Shown here one piece after another: positions 29,101 to 42,723 of a stretch of 52,830 bases of DNA (positions are counted from its first letter, which is position 1; each line of letters opens with the position of its first letter). A model generated the notes under the pieces. It saw nothing but the letters and a program-made list of their open reading frames with translations, made no database searches and was not told the DNA's origin. Origin of the DNA: Octopus sinensis (lineage: Eukaryota); the NCBI RefSeq assembly GCF_006345805.1, contig NW_021834295.1, positions 1-52,830 on the forward strand, in the 5' to 3' direction. Made by a program: the position numbers and the translations under genes.

Positions 29101-32100
29101 ATGAGACAACAGACAGATCAAGAAAGAATGTTCTTACCAAATCCACTTTTGCTGCGTATGTGTTGTCGACATATGGGGCATTGCTTAAATGTCATTTGAG
29201 AACAGCAATTCTGACAAATAACAGTATGTTGACATGGATGGAGTGTGACAGTAGCCTTTTTCTCTTGACAAAACCAACACCTGTGGAACAAAATATTAAC
29301 ACATCCCATCATTAACATTCATTTATAATAAAATATTTCGTTGTGGACATGTTTAGAGTACAGAATATTAAGGGGCACAACAGTAACCAACAAGAGTAAA
29401 TCGTAAATTCTTCTGTAAACAATTACATACAAGCAGATTTGTGTGTATACAAGTGTCACATTAACATACACATACAAGGGTGGGCTGAAAATATCAAAGG
29501 CTGACTAAGGTGCAGCCTTCCAACATGCCATCCCAGTCAAACAGTCCAACCCATGCCAGCATAGACAACAGACGTTAAATGATGATGATGATGATGACAT
29601 ACACATTGTTAGTGTGTGTTTTAGGTTATTTTCACATGAAAGCGTACATGACAACTGATTGAGTCAGAGAAGAGAGAGAGAGAAAAAAATTGTTGGTAGA
29701 CAGATAAATCCTATTTACTTCTAAATAGCAATTTCAAAATGTGTTCATTCACTTTATTATTTAGTACTACATTTTCATGGAGGTCACCGAACTCTAAAAT
29801 AGTCAGGGATGGATGGTGAGGTATATCTGTCAACACAAGCAATCATGTGAATGTCATCAAAATAGTGTTTTTCGTTTGATCCACTAACAACTGTATTTTC
29901 TGTTTATTGTTCTTATTATTGTTGTGTGGTCTTAAGGCTGCAAGCTGGCAGAATCATTAGCACACGGAGCAAAATGCTTTCTGGCATTTCGTCTGCCTTT
30001 ACATGCTGAGTTCAAATTCAGCTGCGGTTGACTTTACCTTGCTGTTGATAAAATAAGTACCAGTTGAAAACTGGGGCTGTTGTAATTGACTTATCCCCTC
30101 CCTGACCTTGCTGGCCTTGTGCCAGAATTGGAAATCATTATTGTTGTCTTGAGTCAAGACACTAATGACGGAATAATACATTGGGAGAATTCAAACTAAA
30201 TAAACATATAAACATGATTATATACAAAAGAGAAAATGTCCTGGTTTATCTTGGCGTTGCCAGTGAGTACTTACAGTGATTGTAAAAATGTTTTTAATTT
30301 TTCTTTCAAATGTTGATTTTCTATGCAGTCCAATGGGGTCACTTTCTTCTTCTTATTACGATGATATAAGCTGGCTCCTTGGCTGGCAAGGTAACTCAAA
30401 ACTACTATTCCAGAGAGCCTCCTATCCATGTCCAGTTGGAGCTCTCTGCAGCACTGCAAATGATGAAATATAAAACGATGAGTAGAATATTACACAAATA
30501 TATATTGTAGATAAACAAATCATGTCAAATGTAGGAAATATAATGGAACAAGTATCACAAATAACAGAACACAACAAACCAACAAGAACCTATCTTTACA
30601 ACTGGCTTGATAAAGCCAACTGGCCATAACAAAAGAAATACTTATGGAAGAGTATTGTATATATAAATATAACACAACAACATAACAACAAACAATGGCA
30701 AGCTACATTTTGTTACACAAAGGCCATTCTAATTACCATGGGGGTCGTCTGATGGTCTATGGTCACTCAAGATTTTCTGTAATTCCTTATGGAGATTTAA
30801 ACTGGTCGCAACAAGAAGTATTTTTTTAGCAACATATATACTCCTACTTGAATTTGTTTACCATCTGCAAAACTGCCATCAAAACTCAGATTTTTGACAT
30901 CTTCAGATCTGCATCTATGAAAGCAGTCACCCATATTTTCCTACTGGTAATTTCGATAATCCAAATATTGATTGGGAAACGTTTCACTGGTCACAAAGTG
31001 CAACTCATTTCCATAACAACAAACAATGAACAGAGAACACCAAGAACATAATAATTTCTTCAGACACAGCAACAAAACCAACACCAGACAGACATATCCA
31101 AGCATATCAATAATGTTTCCAAAATTTATAAAGAAACATTTTTGGCTGATGTTTGAAGTAAAGGAAGTAAGGATTGGTGTGGTGGTTGAGGCAACACACC
31201 AACACATTATAGTCAAGAAATTGTTGAAACTGTTAGTCTGATAGACAATTCCTATAATAATGGGTCGTTGACTGCTAGAGTAGCTTCTTCTCACCAAAGA
31301 AGACATTACAACAATACATAGGTGACCATTAACTGTCTGAAATACAGTCACACATATTTGGGAATCAAAGAGTTGCTTAAATTCTGCAACAACAGACAAT
31401 AGACACCATCAGATCTAGCAGTGGATAGATGCTGAGGTCTTTCAAACAAACACACACACACACACACATATGTATATATATATATATATATGCACCTAGA
31501 AGTAGTTGATAGCTACTGTTATCTAGGTAATCAAGTCAGTAGTGGAGGTGGATGTGCCAAGAGCATAGTTGCTAGAATAAGATTAAGCAGGGCAAAGTTC
31601 AGAGAGCTTCTATCTTTGTTGGTAACAAAGGGCCTCTATGACTATCTGTCTAGTTACATCGTCATACATACAATCTCGTGGCATTACAATTTTGTGCACA
31701 CATCTTAATGTAAATTCATTCTCATCACATCTCCCTTCATTACAATCATTGCAAGGGGTATTACTGTAGTCAATATACACACAAAGTCCAAGCCCTGGCA
31801 ATATTTGGAATCCTAATTATCAACTTTGAATAAACTCAGTTATATATTCATTATCATACTGATAAAAGAAACTTTCTTCGAAGTCCATGAATATATTTTC
31901 TTTAAATTTAATTGTCCATAAACGAATTTATTTTCCTTTTCCTTTCTTTGAAAATGATTAATGAAATATGCTTTCTAGCAATTAACACAGTTCAACTCGT
32001 TTAACTTGAAATTCGATATTTAAAACAGTTTGTGAATTTCTCTTTCTTAAATTTAAAGACTTATATCTGTCGTTGGTCACCTCTCCTTCATACAGTGATG

Positions 32101-34893
32101 GCAGTGTTTACATGACACATATTTAAGACGGGTTACCTTCTTTACAGTGGAGTGGCCATGCTTTTGAAGGTGAAAGAAGATGGAATATTGTTACATCATT
32201 TTACATTCGTTTTCTATGCTGGCATGGGTTGGATAGTTTGGCAGAAGCTGGGCAGCTGCAGAGCTGCTCAGGCACCAATTGCCAGTTTTGGCATAGTCTC
32301 TGCGGTTGCATGCCCTTCCTAATGCCAACCACACACACACATATTCACAAACAATTTTTAAAACTTACCTCATCTAAAATGGGAATGGGTTCCACCTCAG
32401 AATGGAACATCTCTTTTTTTATTATTGAGAGGTGCAAACAATTATTGCCATCATTGTTGACAGCATTTATGTTTGCACCATTTATAATAAGTTTATGGAT
32501 TATTCCGAGGTGGGCCCTGGACACGGCTTCCATCAATGGTGTCATTTTCTTATGATTCTCGATATCCAGTTTCACTGAATCCTTTGTGGAAGTAAAAATA
32601 GAAATTGAAAATGTACATGGGATATGTGTAAGGGACATGATAAATCTATTAAGAGGTCTTAAACAGATTGTTTCAGCCTAATCTATATTTATCTCTCACT
32701 ATAGTAAATTTTAGGGGAGCAGAACAAGAGTGAACATATAATTAGCAGATCAAAACTAGTAAAGAAGAATTATGATGTTGCTATATTAATAGGGGTTCAT
32801 AAACAGGTGAGTTGGTTAGTGTCCACATCCTTAACATTCCTGTACATACACACACATATACATGAATGTTATGGAAGTGAGATACACACAAACACATATA
32901 TATATATATAGATATATTTACACACACACACCATATATATATATATATATATACAGGAGTGGCTGTGGTAAATAGCTTGCTTACAAACCACATGATTCCG
33001 GGTTTAGTTCCACTGCATGGCACCTTGAGCAAGTGTCTTGTACTATTATCTCGGGCTGACCAAAGCCTTGTGAGTGGATTTGGTAGACAAAACTGAAAGA
33101 AGCCCTCGTATATGTGTGTGTGTGTTGTGTTATGGAAGTGAGATACACACACACACACACACACATATATATACAGGAGTGGCTATGGTAAATAGCTTGC
33201 TTACCAACTACATGATTTCGGGTTCAGTCCCACTGCATGGCACCTTGAGCAAGTGTCTTGTACTATCATCTCAGGCTGACCAAAGCCTTGTGAGTGGATT
33301 TGGTAGACAAAAACTGAAAGAAGCCCATCGTATATGTCTGTGTTTGTCCTCCCAACATTGCTTAACAATCGATGCTGGTGTGTTTGCATCCCTGTAAGCT
33401 AGCGATTTGGCAAAAAGGATCAACAGAATAAGTACTAGGCTTACATAGAATAAGTCCTGGACTCGATTACATGTTGTGGCGAGAGTCACAAGAACCCATG
33501 CAAGAACAGACTTGACTGAACGACTATGAATAGTAGCAGTCTGAGTGAGAGACCAGAGAGAGTAGGTGTTAATTGCAGGAAGTCGTAAGGTGTTGTTTTC
33601 ATTGTTTGTTGGTTTGTGTATGGATTGTTGTTGTTACCCTGATCCGTAATATGTTTTATTGTTACTACAAGGTTATAGTATAAACAGTATCGTGTCATAA
33701 TAATTGGTGATACAATCCCAATACATTCATACATAAAAATATACACATATATCATCATCATCATCGTTTAACGTCCGCTTTCCATGCTAGCATGGGTTGG
33801 ACGGTTCAACTGGGGTCTGGCAAGCCCGAAGGCTGCACCAGGCCAGTCAGATCTGGCAGTGTTTCTACAGCTGGATGCCCTTCCTAACGCCAACGACTCC
33901 GAGAGTGTAGTGGGTGATTTTATGTGCCACCGACACAGGTGCCAGACGAGGCTGGCAGACGGCCACGCTTGGATGGTGTTTTTATGTGCCACCGACATAG
34001 GTGCCAGACGAGGCTGGCAGACAGCCACGCTCGGATGGTGTCTTTTTTATGTGCCACCGACACAGGTGCCAAACGAGGCTGGCGAACGGCCACGATCGGA
34101 TGGTGTTTGTTACGTGCCCACAGCACGGAGGCCAGTCGATGCGGTACTGGCTACGGCCACGTTCGGATGGTTTTCTTGTGTGCCACCGGCACTGGTACCA
34201 CAAGGATACAAATTCCATTGATGTTCATCTAGTTTGATTTGATTGATTTGATTTGATTTGATTATATATATATACTAGCAGTATCGCCCGGCGTTGCTCA
34301 GGTTTGTAAGGGAAATAACTATAAAGCATTTTTAGAGAGTTATAGCCAAAAAATGGAAAAAAATATGGTAAATTTTTTTTTGAGAGTTAAAAAAGGATTG
34401 AGTTGCGTCCCCTAGACAGTTTGTGGTTCGTGTTTCTGATTCTCGACCCCATGTCGAATTTATCGATTTTTTTCAGAACTGGGGGAACTTTTCAAAATTT
34501 TGGCTGCGTTAGTTTTGAATTATGACATTGGGCTATGTGTGTGTCAAGTTTCATCAGAATCGGTTGAAAGCCGTGGTCAGGGTGAGGGTACGAGAAAACA
34601 GACACACAGAAACACGCACAGACAAACTGCCGTTTATATATAGATATATATATATATATATATATATATACTGAGATTCAGTAAATAGTATTTTATACAT
34701 AAATATAAGAGGGAACCACTATGTGGAAGCCGTTGCGCTAAAAAGAGATCCACATAGGTCTCAACCACTAAGAATTGATCTCTAGAAAATCATTTACTGA
34801 ATCTCAGTTTTTTATACGCTAGACCACTGGTCTTAAATTGATGTTATTAAATTAATATCCAATCTTTCACACACATTTTGATTTTAATTTTAA

Positions 34894-34924
<31 letters not shown>

Positions 34925-35309
34925 TATACACTCTTTACTCTTTTACTCTTTTACTTGTTTCAGTCATTTGACTGCGGCCATGCTGGAGCACCGCCTTTAG
35001 TTGAGGAAATCGACCCCGGGACTTATTCTTTGTAAGTCCAGTACTTATTTTATCGGTCTCCTTTGCCGAACCGCTAAGTGACGGGGACGCAAACACACTA
35101 GCATCGGTTATCAAGCAATGCTAGGGGGGCAAACACACACATACATATATATATATACATATATACGACAGGCTTCTTTCAGTTTCCGTCTGGCATTGGT
35201 CGGCCCGGGGCTATAGCAGAAGACACTTGCCCAAGATGCCACGCAGTGGGACTGAACCCGGAACCATGTGGTTGGTTAGCAAGCTACTTACCACACAGCC
35301 ACTCCTGCG

Positions 35310-35351
<42 letters not shown>

Positions 35352-36708
35352 ATATATAAATAATATATATATATACATATATTTATATATATAAGGTTTA
35401 TCTCCTATGTAATGTAGTGATGATGTAGTGCATAAAATGATGCTGCTGTCCCCCATCCCAGGGTCTCATGGACCCATACCTTCAACACCCTCAGGGTTAG
35501 TACTCTCAACGTCGGCACACTGAAAGGTAGGTCTGGTGAGATTGTTAACATGCTTGAACAGAGACGTGTAGATTTGTGCTGCATCCAAGAAGGTGGAGAA
35601 GAAGTTCTGCTAGGTTCCTCACAGGCAAAGAACATAAGTATAAGATTTTCTGGGTAGGGCACACTGATGGAGTCGGGGGCATGAGTATACTTCTTGCAGA
35701 GAAATGGGCTGATAAGGTAATCGAGATAGTCAGAGTCTGTGATGGAATACTTAAGATTAGATTAGTGCTGCAACATGGATTAGCAACCATTATCTCGGCT
35801 TATGACCCTCAGCCAGGGCTACCTGATGAACAGAAAGACTGATTTTATGACACCCTCTTGCAGACTACCTCGTCAATGAATGACAGGGACCTTCTCTTTG
35901 TGGCTGGCGACTTCAATGGGCACGTTGGACAACACGCAGGGGACTTCCATGGTGTACATGGTGGCTATGGTTTTTGTTCCCACAATTCTCTGTCCCACCA
36001 TGTACCCCATGGAAGATACCTGGGTGCTGCCCAACACATCCATTGAAATCACCAACCACAAAGCTCACGGTCATTTATCTTGAAGTGGCCAGCAGAAGAG
36101 TGTCATAGAAGTAGCCCTTCAGTTCATTTGACAGACCTTGTAGGGGCAGTTTTGGCGGGGTGCGCATAAGACGAGATACTTGTTGCATGTGCTTAAATCG
36201 ACAGTGCTGTGTCTACATTGGCATCTGAAAAGGTTGTTATTAGCATTTGCCTGCCAGCATGTCATTAGCAGTTGTCCTTGCATTTAATCCTGCATCATTC
36301 ATGTAACGCTTGCTAACACCACTGGACGTGGGTGTTGTGCTGGCATTAGCACAGAGGTGTTAGTATGGATACCTGTAAAGAGGAGTTAATCAGGTATTGT
36401 CACCACCAACAGTGGAGGGTGTTGCATCCTGGCATTCATGCAAAGCCATGTTAATACAAATACAGGTAAATAAGTTAGGTAGACAAATACAGTAAGGGTA
36501 GTTAATCCGTTGAGTTAGGCAGGGAGAGAGGAAAAAGGAATTTGATTCATCATGTACTGATGATAATGGATTAACGAAGCAATAGGGACTGATTGCAGCA
36601 TGCTCTCATTTAGCTTTGTTGCTGGGGACAAGGACCTTTAACTTATCTCTGCTGCATAATCTGAATGTGCAATGTGTCTGACAAGAGTAACTCTCTTTCT
36701 GGGTATAC

Positions 36709-36747
<39 letters not shown>

Positions 36748-36852
36748 TATATACATATATATATACATACACACACACACACACACATATATACATATAT
36801 ATATATACATACACACACACACACACACATATATACATATATATATATACAT

Positions 36853-36923
<71 letters not shown>

Positions 36924-38117
36924 TTTATACATATGTGCAGAGGGAAAAAAGCAGCCAAGAAGCCAAATAAATTATTGGACACAAGATAAAATGCAGACAC
37001 CAACAATTTACACATAACACACACACACACACACAACATGAGAGACAGACATTAAAAGATGATCATCATCATTATTTACATTATTTACATTTGATGGATA
37101 TTTGTCCTCATCTTGTTTGTTGTTAACACAATGTTTCGGCTGATATACCCTCCAGCCTTTGTCAGGTGTCTTGAGGAAATTTCGAACCTATGTTCTCATT
37201 CCAAAGGTATTTTTCAATGTTATTATTAATATTATTATTATTATTATTATTCAAGTCACGCCTGTAACTGAACTCGAATCTTGGGGTTAGTAGCCCGAAC
37301 TATTAACCACTATGCCATATGCCCACGGGCATATGGCAGAGTGGTTGATGATGATATATATAATCTGATATATATGGGTTGAATTCATAATTCTTGTTTT
37401 TTTTCTGACTGACCATTAAAGATAGTACTATCAGCAGTGGTGGTCAGTTGGACTGTCATCACCACTACTACTATCATCATTGTTATCACAACATAATTAT
37501 TCTTCACAGACCCGAGACCTGCCATTAAAAGGTTGCTGCAGTGCAGTTGATTAAATCTACCCCCAGAATTTCACTGGTATTTTGATGATATAAATATTGA
37601 ATACTAGAGAGAGGATATAATATGTATTTGTTAACTAACCTGGGCCAGCATCAAAGATACCACACCATAGTGTTGCCTGAAAGTTATACAAAGAGGAGAG
37701 GAAAAACAATTATTATTAGATTAACCAATGAAAACAAATGTAATTAGGTCATTATAACCTAATTACATCAATAATTACATACACACAAATACACATTATA
37801 CATGTGTGTATATATATATATGAGTTAAGATAAAATCTGGGCTACGTATGTTTCAAAGCAGGTGGAACATCAGAACTGGTAAATATCCAAACGAGGTGTA
37901 TACCACAGGCCACTCTTCAGACCAAGGGTGTCTTGATTAAATGAAGTTTACACTGTCAATAGGAGGCACATGTTCAAACACAGAAGATGCGGTAAGGGAA
38001 AAACCAACAACCTTGCACCCCAATAAACCCCTTTTGTTCCTGAAAGTTGTTTCTTACATTTTCTATGGATTGTTTGAAGCTCACCTTCCTACATCTCAAT
38101 CCTTGGATCCTACATAT

Positions 38118-38156
<39 letters not shown>

Positions 38157-41100
38157 AACATTTTATAATTATATACATAATTATAACACATGTACTGTGT
38201 TTTTCTCGGAGAATTAATGGTGGTAATAGTGTCTTTCGATGTCTATTTTTCAGTGCGTGGTGAGGAGCAAGCCAAGCCCTTGTTATAATTATGTATATAA
38301 TTATAAAATGTTTATAAAAATTTACTTATGAGGTTATATTTCCGCGCTGACCACTTGGTAAAAATCATTTCTGATTTTACCCTTTAATATCGCATCAAGT
38401 GGCTTCTAGCAGCAGAAGCCTGAACTTCAATGGCCTTGCCCTACAGAAACGTTTCCGGCCACTTTTGGGTACCCCCTCATATATTCGATATACTCTCTAC
38501 ATTATAGACCAACGATATATATACACACCTGAATAAACACGGCAATCTATATATGGTATGATGAACAACTGTTATATAGCCATGAAATTTAGGATGGGGA
38601 GAGGCATTAATGTGGATTATAAGGACCCCAGTACATGACTGGTATTGTACTTTATTAGCCTAGCAAAGATGGAAAGACAAGGTGACCTCAGCGGGATTTG
38701 AACTCTGAACATAAAGTGTGGTAAATAAATACCACAAGGTATTTTGCCCAACAGCAATCAGACACAAAAACAAGAGAAAAGAGGGAGGACAATTTATTAA
38801 ATGAACCCCTGGATATTACTGGTACAGATTTTCACTCCAGGTTGTTAATAAATACTCTGGCAGGATTTGAACTTGGAACATAAACAGATCAAACTAAACA
38901 CTTTAAGGGAATGATTCTGTATTTAGCCCAGGGTCAGAGGAAAGAGGAAAATTACAAGAGAGAGGGGGTGAGGTGTTTTATATGGAATGAAAAGAAGAAA
39001 AGGAAAGATTTGAACTTGTAACGTTGAGGTAACGAAGGATGAGATGAAGTAAAGAATCTAGTCAGGTAACAACAGCAACAATAATAATTATGATGATTAA
39101 TTAATGAAGTAGGTTACAGTGTCATTAGAGTGTGAGAGAGAGAGTTGAAGCACGACGTCCCATGGTGGGATTATGACATGAATGACTCAAAACAAGAAAA
39201 CAAACGTTAATGAAAACATTAAAGAAACAGATTTGGATAATCCAAATCCATTGGGGACTTACTTTTGAACTGCCAGATGGAGAGGAGTGTCACCATCATT
39301 GTCCGCTTTATTGGCATCGATGCCATTTTGTTGTAGGAGGAGTTTAGCTGTGTCTGTGTGTCCATTCTGACAGGCAAGATGGAGAGGTGTATGACCACTG
39401 TTGATCACCACCCTCACATCAGTGCCATTCTGTTGTAGGAGAAGTTTAGCTGTGTCTGTGTGTCCATTATACGAGGCAAGATGGAGAGGTGTATGACCAC
39501 TGTTGATCACCACCCTCACATCAGCGCCATCTTGTTGTAGGAGAAGTTTAGCTGTGTCTGTGTGTCCATAATACGAGGCAAGATGGAGAGGTGTATGACC
39601 ACTGTTGATCACCACCCTCACATCAGCGCCATCTTGTTGTAGGAGAAGTTTAGCTGTGTCTGTGTGTCCATTCTGACAGGCAAGATGTAGAGGTGTCCGA
39701 CCATCGTTGGTCACCACCCTCACATCAGTGCCATTCTGTTGTAGGAGGAGTTTAGCTGTGTCTGTGTGTCCATTATACGAGGCAAGATGGAGAGGTGTCC
39801 AACCATCGTTGATCACCACCCTCACATCAGCGCCATCTTGTTGTAGGAGGAGTTTAGCTGTGTCTGTGTGTCCATTATACGAGGCATGATGTAGAGGTGT
39901 CCAACCATCGTTGTCCACCACCCTCACATCAGTGCCATCTTGTTGTAGGAGAAGTTTAGCTGTGTCTGTGTGTCCATTGATAGAGGCAAGATGTAGAGGT
40001 GTCCAACCATCGTTGTCCACCACCCTCACATCAGTGCCATCTTGTTGTAGGAGAAGTTTAGCTGTGTCTGTGTGTCCATAATTAGAGGCAAGATGTAGAG
40101 GTGTCCAACCTTTAATATTTCGCTGAGTGACCTAAAAAAGATAAACAATAAAGACATTAAAGATGGCGTCAAGTGGATGGGGGGGGGCAGCGCAAAAATG
40201 AAAAATTTCAAAAAAAGAGAAAGAATCAGATTAATAAACAGGTGGAATGAATTTGGAGAGGAGTAAATAAATGAGGTTCATATCTTACCTGTACCCACAG
40301 ACACACACATATATATATATATACATATAAACACTCACACACATATATATATACACTCTCACGCAAGGAAATGAGCAACTTTCGAAAGAGTCCCCCCACC
40401 AATTTGTTTATTTAAAAAATTTTTTTGCCAAAAAACCCCGATTTCGGACACGGAGGTTCGGGAAAATTGCCAAAAAATCGGCAGTGGAATTTCCACCCCC
40501 TCCAAAATTCTTCAACTTTGACTTTTTTCCCCCAACACTAACCCTAACCCCAACTACAGAAATGTTTTGAAATTTTTGTCCGAATCATCATCTCCGTATT
40601 TTTCCGCATATTCTTAAAAAAAAATTGTGAAAAAAGTAAAGAATGAAGGAAATGGGGGTGGGGGTAATTTTAAAATGCCGATTTTTGCCAATTTTTACCA
40701 ATTTTTTTGCAGATTCGTATTTCCCTTAACCGAAAAGCGGGATTTGTGTCGGGGAAAAAAATTTAAAGAAAGGGTGGGTCTTTTTTAGGAAACGAAATTT
40801 GGGGCACTAAACTGTATGTATACATCATATACATATAACACACACATACATATATATACATATCTATATACACAAATATAATTGTATTCGCTAACCTGTA
40901 AAATGTTATTTCCTTTGCTACTTAACAGGACTTTGACTACATCTTCATAGTTCTTCCTCACAGCCAGATGTAGAGGTGTGTTGCCGTCTGAGTCCTGCTT
41001 ATTAACATTTGCTCCCCTGGAAACTAAGGAGGCCACTGCATCAATTTTACGGCTGAAAGGAAGAAAAAAACATAAAACATCACAGACATTCACTTAACAG

Positions 41101-41942
41101 TTACATTAAATATACACTCGTGTTCAATTAAACGCATAAAAACCTATATATATATTACAGCCGCGTGTATATATATATATATATATATATATATGTCTGT
41201 GTGCGTGCATGCCTGTATAGACATAACTACACAAGTGTGCTCCCCCGACGAATTTGTTTCCCTGTAACTTCTAGGAAAAATGGATATTTTTTAATGAAAT
41301 TTCTTTCAAAAATATGCTTCAGAAGGCGAAGATTCCAATTATATTGGAATTTATTGTGAGAAAAAATTTTTAGTGGGTGCAGAGAGAAATTTGGGAAAGT
41401 TCGCCCAAGTCTGCTTTCTTTCCAAAAAAATAAATATTTTCTAATGAAATTTTTAATAAAACCGTTTCAGATGGTGAAGATTCCACTTATATCGGAATTT
41501 AATATGAAGAAAAATTAAAAAAACTTGGTGGATTCGCAGAGATATACACTGATACACATCAGAAACTGAAAAGATGAACTTTGGAAAAATAACCGTGATG
41601 TGTGTCAGTATATATGTGTGTGTATCCACCAAATATTTAACGTTTTTTCATGTTAAATTCCGATATAATCCTAATCTAATCCATTTGAAAGGGATTTGTA
41701 GAAATTTTCACACAAACAAAATATCCATTTTTCTGAAAGTTTCTATAAGGATTTAAGTCAACTTCTCAACGTTTGAAAATTTGTTTTCACAACAAATTCC
41801 AATATAATTGGAATCTTCTAAAAGTTATAAGTTATAATCTTCTATAAGTTATCTGTCTAAAAGTTATAAGGAAACAAATTCGTCGGGGGTCCCAGTTGTG
41901 TAAGTATGCCTATATATATATACACACACACACCAATCCTAT

Positions 41943-42003
<61 letters not shown>

Positions 42004-42073
42004 TATATATATCACCGGATTATATCGCTAGTTGAAATGTCAAAGTCAATAATATTATATAGGTGTATATGTG

Positions 42074-42133
<60 letters not shown>

Positions 42134-42692
42134 TGTATGTGTATGTATGTATGTATATGTATATATATTTATGTATGTATAGAGAGAAAGACAGACAGAG
42201 AAATATGAGCCACTGAAATACGTATAATCGTTAATACACAGTAAACAAATGTGTACGTGTGTGTGTATACACATATTAATAGGTGAGGGTATAAAGTATA
42301 AATATTTTTATCCCAGCGAGTGTACAATACAAACAAGGATTAAGTACCGTTGTAGTATCTACATATTTGGTATACATTGAAAATATATTGTAATCCTTTT
42401 GCGAAAGATGGAATGTCTGAAAATTATAGACAAACTAATTGATAGCAGATTTCTCATCAATCTAAAAAAACAACAACAACAACAGCACGTCGTAATTGGC
42501 GGGAAAACTACGTCTGCAAATGTAATGTTGTCATAGCAACAGACTATGCAAGGGAAAGTTTGTTGTTAAGGGCAACGAGACGTATTTTTACCGCCAAAAG
42601 AAACAGTGACCAACAAGGAAGTATGGCGGTCATATAACACACATAAATGAATATATAAACACACCCATATTTATTATATATGTGTGTGTGTG

Positions 42693-42723
<31 letters not shown>

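Noticed and set aside
30700-31400. Possible Penelope/GIY-YIG remnant (HIWESK-like word) and ORF 30941-31399
   Set aside because: Too degenerate to support without a search; the ORF has no recognisable motif.
31610-31801. Cys-rich ORF (CNDC...CVH...DC) resembling a degenerate RING, with an AG upstream
   Set aside because: It would need a phase-2 entry but follows a phase-0 donor (first codon would be TAA), ligand spacing is incomplete, and its end overlaps an RTE fragment.
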